Positions 26,394-32,000 of a DNA stretch of 32,000 nucleotides are shown here, one piece after another (the stretch's first letter is position 1; each line of letters starts with the position of its first letter). The position numbers and the translations under genes were made by a program. The DNA is from an uncultured Acidobacteriota bacterium (GTDB lineage Bacteria > Acidobacteriota > Terriglobia > Acidiferrales > UBA7541). Below the pieces are notes generated by a model. It saw only the letters and a program-made list of their open reading frames with translations. It made no database searches and had not been told where the DNA came from. Location of the stretch: assembly GCA_963830375.1 (NCBI GenBank), contig CAWHMJ010000001.1:260632-292631 (forward strand), read 5' to 3'.

Positions 26394-27206
26394 ATGACCT
26401 CGAGAAGAATAAGAATTTTACTCGTGGTGACGGCCATTTTATGGCCGAGTCTGCTGGGTTGTTCCGGTGCGTTCGCGCAACAAAGCAAGATCGGAAACCT
26501 GACGGGGCAAGCCAAGCGCGGGAAAGAATTGTACGGACGCTACTGCGTGGGCTGCCACGGTCCGCGCGGAGACGGAGAAGGCGAGAACGCTGCCTACTTA
26601 AATCCGAAGCCGCGCGACTTCACGATGGGCCTCTTCAAATGCCGGTCCACGCCGTCTGGGAGCATTCCACTCGACAGCGATTTGTTCGATACGGTTGGGA
26701 GGGGGATCGACACGACAGGGATGCCGCGTTGGCTACCACTAACGCCTCAAAACCGCGCGGACTTGGTTGCATATGTGAAGACTTTTTCGACGCGTTTCGT
26801 GGAGGAAAAGCCGGACAAGCCTGTCGAAATTGCTTCCGAAACACCAGCCACGCCCGAGAGCATCCAACGCGGCAGCGAGGTGTATCAATCGCTGAAATGC
26901 TTCGAGTGCCACGGAGAAAAGGGACGAGGGGATGGTCCTTCCGTCTCATCGCTTCGCGACAGCAAGGAGAACCCGATTGTTCCTTATGATTTCACTATTG
27001 GAACACGCTTCAAGTGCGGGGAATCCGATCGCGACCTCTATCGAATTTTCATGACGGGACTGGACGGAACACCGATGCCGTCGTATGTTAACTGGGTGAC
27101 GCCCGCGCAAGCTTGGGACCTAGTCCATTATTTGCGCACACTGCAGGCCGATTATGGAGAAAGATCCAAGACGGCCGATCATAGAGGTCTAATTGCAAGG
27201 AGATAA
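26394..27206 (+). CDS. Secreted diheme c-type cytochrome
   Basis: ATG 26394 gives MTSRRIRILLVVTAILWPSLLGCSGAFAQ (signal, possibly lipoprotein). Two heme motifs: CVGCH (26544-26558) and CFECH (26898-26912). Each is followed by a distal Met context (GMPRW / GTPMPSY). The track start at 26268 is an unlikely extension. Confidence 0.85.
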   Translation: MTSRRIRILLVVTAILWPSLLGCSGAFAQQSKIGNLTGQAKRGKELYGRYCVGCHGPRGDGEGENAAYLNPKPRDFTMGLFKCRSTPSGSIPLDSDLFDTVGRGIDTTGMPRWLPLTPQNRADLVAYVKTFSTRFVEEKPDKPVEIASETPATPESIQRGSEVYQSLKCFECHGEKGRGDGPSVSSLRDSKENPIVPYDFTIGTRFKCGESDRDLYRIFMTGLDGTPMPSYVNWVTPAQAWDLVHYLRTLQADYGERSKTADHRGLIARR

Positions 27207-27208
27207 CC

Positions 27209-28039
27209 GTGGGCGAATTCATCAAGAACAGGCGCGCAATATTCGGGCTGGTGCTTTGCCTTGCCGCTGTTTCATGCGCGGGGCGGGCTGCTGGCCAGTC
27301 AGATTACACCGCGATTACAGTCGGAGACGCAGGAACCATTAGCGGGACCGTTCGTTGGGCCGGCCCGATTCCGAAAATTCCCAGACTGCCGATAACGAAG
27401 AACACCGAGGTGTGCAATCCGGATGGAGAGAAAACGCGCGATCTGGAGCGATTGCTGATCGATGCGGACGGCGGAGTGGCCAACACCGTGGTCTATCTGA
27501 AGAACATCACCCAAGGCAAAGCGATGGATCTTCCGGAAGCGCGCCAGCATTTGGACCAGAAGGCGTGCCGCTATGTTCCGCACATTCTGCTTGTGGCACA
27601 GGGCGCAGATTTGCAAGTGAAGAGCAGCGATCCCATTTTGCATACGGTGCACATGGCGGGCGCGGTGTCCAATAACATTCCTTTTCCGTTCCAAAATCAG
27701 TACATCCCCATCACGATGCGGCGGAGCGGGGTTGTGGACTTGAAATGCAACGCCGGACATGTGTGGATGAACGCAGAAGCTCTGGTGGTGAAGAACCCGT
27801 ATTACGCCGTGACCGACGATCACGGGTTCTTCAAGCTCACGGACGTTCCGCCCGGGGAGTATGAGATTGAGGCGTGGCATGAAGGTTGGCGAATCGCTTC
27901 GGAACAAAAAGTCCTAGATGTCGGGTCCCAGGTAGAGGTGAGCCGACCGGTGTATAGCGAGCCGATTACCTGGGCCAAGAAAGTTGTTGTGCGAAAGGGC
28001 CAGACAAGCGATGTACAGTTTTCAATTTCTGAAAACTAG
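27209..28039 (+). CDS. Secreted cupredoxin-like protein with candidate type-1 copper ligands, fused to a carboxypeptidase-regulatory-like beta-sandwich
   Basis: AAGGAG lies 6 nt before GTG 27209, with a signal peptide. Candidate ligands are H145/H148 (LHTVH) and C180-x3-H184-x2-M187 (KCNAGHVWM). These are followed by NPYYAVTDDHGFFKLTDVPPGEYEIEAWHEG. Confidence 0.6.
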   Translation: MGEFIKNRRAIFGLVLCLAAVSCAGRAAGQSDYTAITVGDAGTISGTVRWAGPIPKIPRLPITKNTEVCNPDGEKTRDLERLLIDADGGVANTVVYLKNITQGKAMDLPEARQHLDQKACRYVPHILLVAQGADLQVKSSDPILHTVHMAGAVSNNIPFPFQNQYIPITMRRSGVVDLKCNAGHVWMNAEALVVKNPYYAVTDDHGFFKLTDVPPGEYEIEAWHEGWRIASEQKVLDVGSQVEVSRPVYSEPITWAKKVVVRKGQTSDVQFSISEN

Positions 28040-28104
28040 GTTGACGCTGCGGACTTTTCTGAGTGGCGTCTTAATCGCACAGCTAGCGTGGATCGAGGTT
28101 TGCT

Positions 28105-29443
28105 CTAAGACTTCGCGGAGTCTTGAAACGTTTCGGGGGGATCGAGAGAGCACGATCGCCAGAAGGCCGCCTCGGTCAAAGAACCATCCTGCAGCGCTTT
28201 TAGATTCTCCATGGTGGCAGCGATTTGTCCGCCGTCCGCGGAATCGAAAACAATTACGACTCCCTGCGACCGTTGGATTCGAAGCATTCATGTCGTTGTA
28301 GGCTTTCAGCAGAAGGGATTTTGCGAACTTTCGTTTTTCCGCTGCGCTGGATGCGGCGGCTGAGGCCGGTTCGATCCAGACTACTCTCACGGTCTTTCCT
28401 ACCAGAGGTTGCCATTTACCGCTGAAGGTATTCGTTTCTTCTCGAGCGACTTTGAAAAGTTCGGCACTCGCCGGCACGGCATTATTCGTTTTGCTTCCGG
28501 CTGCGCTATAGCTCGGCGGCAATTCCACTTGAGAGCGCCGCATCCAGCCCCGAGAGGCGCCTGAAATCTGCACATGCACCCAAGAGCCCTCGACGCCGAG
28601 TATCTGAAACTCGTCTTCCTGATCCGCGGAGAGCAGCACTTGCGCGCCGTCTTCCGGCTTGGAAAAGATTGCTACGCCGGGCTTTTTGACCACAACCAAA
28701 TCCGCAGGGCGCACCTGATTCTGCTGAATTTCTTCAAGACTTTTTATATCGGCGCTAACTTCCTGCGCTTGTCTTTCAGCTTCGTCACGACGAAGTCTTA
28801 TGGATTCCACAGTTTCCACCGGGGCCGAATCAGTGGGCGCCGTAGCGCTTGGCTTGCCGGAGCGGCCTGCCGGAGCAGGGACTCCCGGCGTATTTCTGGC
28901 TGAGGATGAGGACGATTCCGGGCTGGAGGCCGCAGATGTATCGATTTTGCGGTCAGGCCTCGGCGAGGTATTTAAAGGAGCAGAAGCGGGTGGGCGCGAG
29001 GCTGCTGACCTCGCGGCGGGATTTGCAGGCAGGCTCTGTTCGACTTGGTCCAACAGGTCTGTCTCGACGCGGCCATTTGAGACCAACTCGCGGTAGCCCG
29101 GTTGCGCCGAAGTGGGATCCATGTACCACGCTGTTATCTTGGCCGTCGCTTGGACCAAGGCTCCGCCGTTCGGAGCTGGAAGGACTCGAAGAGTGCAAAC
29201 GAAGTAGCCACGCTGATAATCGGTGAGGGGATGGTCGGCTGCTTCGACAAAGCCATCTAAAATCGGCAGACGGCCGCTGGACGATGAACGAAGGCCATCG
29301 ACCACTCGTTGGACTTCCGAGAGGGCATTGGGGAAAGTTCGCTCGATGGAATGAGCCTGTGCAAAAACGGGAGCGCCGGGAGCAACGACGATGCTGAGAA
29401 GCAGAATCACAGCATAAAATATAAAGCTTGGCGATTTTTTCAT
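28105..29443 (-). pseudogene. Secreted protein: N-terminal globular domain, Ser/Pro/Ala-rich linker, coiled coil, SH3b-like domain and C-terminal domain; 1 frameshift as sequenced
   Basis: ATG 29443 (ATGA overlap with the upstream stop) gives MKKSPSFIFYAVILLLSIVVAPGAPVFAQ. Coiled coil VESIRLRRDEAERQAQEVSADIKSLEEIQ. SH3b-like AIFSKPEDGAQVLLSADQEDEFQILGVEGSWVHVQISGASRGWMRRSQVE. The C-terminus continues in ORF 28105-28287 (VVIVFDSADGGQIAATMENLKALQDGSLTEAAFWRSCSLDPPETF) after a shift in a CCC run near 28264. Confidence 0.6.
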
Positions 29444-30342
29444 GGCAGGGGCTCGACCTGGTCCTGACGGAGCCAACCCCGTTGACCTTCCGCGGTTTCG
29501 ACTCCGTACCAATACGGCGTGATGATCTCGACGACGACTTCCGTGTTTGCGATGAGAGATTGCAGCTTGGCGGCACGCTGGAAAGGAGCGGCTTTTAGCT
29601 CGGTGTTGGGGTTTTTAACTCTTACCTCGACATCGTGCCGCAACTGGTGGGCGCGCGATTGCAAATCCCGCAGCGAAGTCTCCGCGGAATTGAGGCGGGC
29701 AATTTCTTCGTCGCGCTGTTTGGACGCAGCCCGAGCTTCCACTTCCAGCTCCCTTTGCTTCAGAGCTTCCGCGGTCTTTTGTTCTTCCCGCTGGATTTCA
29801 AGAAGGCGAGTATTGACCTCAGCGAATTCGCTTGTTTCGACGGTGCTGTCGGATGCATGAACTTTGTGCGTGGCATCTTCGACGAATGCAGCATCGATTT
29901 GAATGTGAGTTCGGTTCGGAGATACAGCTTGGACGACGTATCGTACGGTAATTGTTCCAATGTCAGTGCTGTCCTTGAAATGCTTGGGTGACAGAGCACC
30001 CCGGCGGACCTTATAGAAGACATGTCCGGGACCTTGCCAGGGCCCGTAGAACGAAGAAGAGGTTTCGGCTGCGGCGTCGGTCAGCGTGGTCTCCCGCGCG
30101 TAGACCCAAGTTCCATGGATAACTTGATCTTCGGTAACACTCTGCACGGCTTTTACGACATCGTCTTCTGAGCCTTTGACGTCAATCGCAAAACCTTCGG
30201 GGAACGGGGATTTGTCCCGCTGTGGTGCGGCGTGCGCTATAGCAGGCGCCAAGAACGCGAGAATTAAGAAAAAACTCCAGCAATGCGACGAAGTAAGAGG
30301 TTGCTTCAAAACATTTTCCTTCACCGCGGGTAAAGTCCGCAT
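29440..30342 (-). CDS. Secreted protein: N-terminal globular domain, long coiled coil and C-terminal SH3b-like domain
   Basis: Signal peptide ...CWSFFLILAFLAPAIAHA; the alternative TTG start at 30309 has AAGGA upstream. Coiled coil LLEIQREEQKTAEALKQRELEVEARAASKQRDEEIARLNSAETSLRDLQSRAHQL. SH3b-like end VVVEIITPYWYGVETAEGQRGWLRQDQVEPLP. Confidence 0.65.
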   Translation of the reverse strand: MRTLPAVKENVLKQPLTSSHCWSFFLILAFLAPAIAHAAPQRDKSPFPEGFAIDVKGSEDDVVKAVQSVTEDQVIHGTWVYARETTLTDAAAETSSSFYGPWQGPGHVFYKVRRGALSPKHFKDSTDIGTITVRYVVQAVSPNRTHIQIDAAFVEDATHKVHASDSTVETSEFAEVNTRLLEIQREEQKTAEALKQRELEVEARAASKQRDEEIARLNSAETSLRDLQSRAHQLRHDVEVRVKNPNTELKAAPFQRAAKLQSLIANTEVVVEIITPYWYGVETAEGQRGWLRQDQVEPLP

Positions 30343-30531
30343 CGTTCATCCAAGTCCGGCAGCCCGAAAACGTATCAGCCCAAATGGCGCAGGACTCCGC
30401 AAAATACTTTCCTGGCATGGTGCAGCCAAACGGTTTTGGCTCCAAATCACAATACCGCAATGTTGCCTCCATGCTCAAGGGCGTATAAAGCGGGAAATTA
30501 GGCTGAAACGATCGTCCTTTTGAACGGACCA

Positions 30532-30546
30532 TAGCCTAATAGGCTA
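30532..30546. promoter_or_regulatory. Perfect 15-nt palindrome TAGCCTAATAGGCTA, ~50 nt upstream of the response-regulator start
   Basis: Seen directly. The half-site TAGGCT also occurs at 30499-30504 (ATTAGGCTG), 42 nt upstream of the right half-site. Candidate operator in the divergent promoter region. Confidence 0.3.
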
Positions 30547-30597
30547 AAATTGTGATAGGAATCGCGGCGAAAGCGGTCCGGGGAGAATGGGATTGCG

Positions 30598-31341
30598 GTG
30601 ATCGAGCAGTCTAAAATCGAGAAGGCGGCAGAGCGGGCGGTACCGCGCATCCTTGTTGTGGACGATGACGTCGAGCTATGCGAGCTGGTTGCGGAATATC
30701 TGACTCCGGAAGGATTTGAGGTCGAGGCGGTTTACGATGGCATTCGAGGAATTCAGAGCGCGCTTTCGGGTGAATATTCTCTAGCCATACTGGATGTAAT
30801 GCTTCCCGGTATGCAGGGGTTTGAAGTGCTCCGGCAGATCCGCGCGAGGTCACGGTTGCCGGTGATCATGTTGACGGCCCGTGGCGAAGACGTGGATCGA
30901 ATCGTCGGATTGGAAATCGGAGCGGACGACTATCTTCCGAAACCATTCAATCCGCGGGAACTCGCGGCGCGCATTCAGGCTGTTTTGCGGCGCAGCACGC
31001 AAAATTCGACGACGGCAGGCGAGCGCATCATTCTGGGCGACGTGGAGCTGGAAGAGAGCGCGCGCATCGCGCGTTGCGGCAACCGCGAATTGGAATTGAC
31101 ATCGCTGGAATTCGATATTCTTGCAATATTCCTGAAGAGACCGGGCCAAGTGGTTACGCGCGAAGAACTCGTTAAGACCTTGCTAGGCCGTGAACTCGCC
31201 CCCCTCGATCGCAGTATTGATGTGCATATCAGCAACCTGAGAAAGAAATTGGGTCCCTATGCGGATGGAGCCAATCGCATCCGCAACATCCGAAGGGTGG
31301 GATATATTTACGCGATTCCAGGCATGCTAAAGGAAGAGTAG
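30598..31341 (+). CDS. OmpR-family response regulator (CpxR-like)
   Basis: GTG start. The receiver domain has ILVVDDDVELCELV, LAILDVMLPGMQG and PVIMLTARGEDVDRIVGLEIGADDYLPKPFNPRELAARIQAVLRR, closely resembling CpxR as I recall it. The winged-helix C-terminus has LTSLEFDILAIFLKRPGQVVTREEL and RRVGYIY. Confidence 0.9.
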   Translation: MIEQSKIEKAAERAVPRILVVDDDVELCELVAEYLTPEGFEVEAVYDGIRGIQSALSGEYSLAILDVMLPGMQGFEVLRQIRARSRLPVIMLTARGEDVDRIVGLEIGADDYLPKPFNPRELAARIQAVLRRSTQNSTTAGERIILGDVELEESARIARCGNRELELTSLEFDILAIFLKRPGQVVTREELVKTLLGRELAPLDRSIDVHISNLRKKLGPYADGANRIRNIRRVGYIYAIPGMLKEE

Positions 31342-31347
31342 GGCAAA

Positions 31348-32000
31348 ATGCGAACCTTGTTTCAAAAGATTTTCCTTTCTTTCTGGCTGGCTATGGTTTT
31401 GGTCAGCGGCATCTTCATTTATTCGGTCGTAACAACTCAGTCGCAATTCACTTTAAGCCGCTCCGAACAGTCTGACAGGACGTTGATCCCCATCGTGGCG
31501 GCTCGCGCCGCGGACATCCTCGACGATCACGGCATGGGCGCCTTGGCCGATTACCTGACATCATTGCAAACAACCTTGAACTGGGAAGCTTTTCTATTTG
31601 ACGACGAAGGTAAAGAAATTTTATCGCAGCCGACGCCTCCCGAGGCGGATGCCCTGGCGCAAAGGGGTCTGGAAGCCAGCGATACAAAATTCCTGGTGTC
31701 ACACGGAATTAAATATGTGGCCAGGAGAACGACGGGATCAACAGGAACGCGTTATGTTTTTGTGATCGGAACAAAAGTCGAGTCGGTGGCCAACGTTTTG
31801 CGCGCCCCACTGGGAATTCAGATCCTGCGAGGGGCAGCGATCCTTTTTATCGCCGGGCTGGTCTGTTTTTGGCTGGCCCGTTACATCACAGCCCCGATTC
31901 GGCACCTTCGTACGGCAACGCATCGTCTGGCAACGGGAAATCTTTCGGCTCGCGTAGGAGGCCACGATGCCGGACGTAAAGACGAACTCGCGGATCTGAG
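31348..32000 (+). CDS. Sensor histidine kinase (CpxA-like), N-terminal part; runs off the right window edge
   Basis: ATG 31348, 6 nt after the regulator stop, so absent from the track (no stop in the window). TM1 is MRTLFQKIFLSFWLAMVLVSGIFIY, followed by a periplasmic segment of about 140 aa. TM2 is ILRGAAILFIAGLVCFWLARYI and the HAMP start is TAPIRHLRTATHRLATGNLSARVG. Confidence 0.85.
   Translation, partial: MRTLFQKIFLSFWLAMVLVSGIFIYSVVTTQSQFTLSRSEQSDRTLIPIVAARAADILDDHGMGALADYLTSLQTTLNWEAFLFDDEGKEILSQPTPPEADALAQRGLEASDTKFLVSHGIKYVARRTTGSTGTRYVFVIGTKVESVANVLRAPLGIQILRGAAILFIAGLVCFWLARYITAPIRHLRTATHRLATGNLSARVGGHDAGRKDELADL

Noticed and set aside
2873-28264. Programmed ribosomal frameshifting or recoding as the cause of the split genes
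   Set aside because: No slippery heptamers or downstream pseudoknots are visible at the junctions. Both +1 and -1 corrections are needed. The affected families (tmk, holB, yggS, SDR, BVMO) are not known to use recoding. Several sites are plain homopolymer runs.
8691-30430. Sigma-54-like TGGCA motifs (TGGCATTGTTAGCA at 8691; CTGGCATGGTGCAGCC at about 30413)
   Set aside because: The GG-to-GC spacing is off by 1-2 nt from the -24/-12 consensus in both cases, and the first lies inside a coding start.

Overview
High-GC bacterial chromosomal window; spot counts of single lines gave about 60-65% GC in core genes. I tentatively place it in an Acidobacteriota/Terriglobia-type genome, inferred from gene content and several short interspersed REP-like repeat families, with no database search. 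Gene order: L-lactate permease (partial, not in the ORF track), an orphan membrane protein, bshA-like glycosyltransferase, SDR oxidoreductase, PaaI thioesterase, Hfq-like protein, holB and tmk. A 1.2-kb gene-free, repeat-dense gap follows, then a ~2.2-kb low-GC islet of four orphan genes (two membrane-anchored, two Cys-rich zinc-binding-like). After that: SAM methyltransferase, a DUF305 + LVIVD-repeat operon, two tandem CRP/FNR regulators, a 52-aa zinc-ribbon micro-ORF, DUF3089-like hydrolase, BVMO-type flavin monooxygenase, yggS, a HEAT-repeat protein, a NatAB-like ABC exporter, M24 aminopeptidase, two small membrane proteins and tRNA-Thr(CGU). The window ends with a diheme cytochrome c + cupredoxin-like pair, two secreted coiled-coil/SH3b proteins, and a divergent CpxRA-like two-component system whose kinase runs off the right edge. 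I recognise no cas genes, integrase, transposase, reverse transcriptase or known defence or toxin genes, so I cannot point to a clear novel multi-gene system. The best candidates for a second look are: (1) the repeat-dense non-coding region at 7.5-8.6 kb next to the low-GC islet; (2) an exact 20-nt element placed just upstream of the Shine-Dalgarno sites of two separate transcription units that bracket the CRP regulators; (3) an in-frame REP-like insertion inside yggS; (4) the secreted SH3b pair sitting where cpxP sits relative to cpxRA. Caveat: at least 20 single-nucleotide frame disruptions hit 11 otherwise well-conserved genes, including the essential tmk and holB. Several lie in homopolymer runs, so sequencing or assembly error is the most likely cause. 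All product calls rest on my reading of translated motifs.
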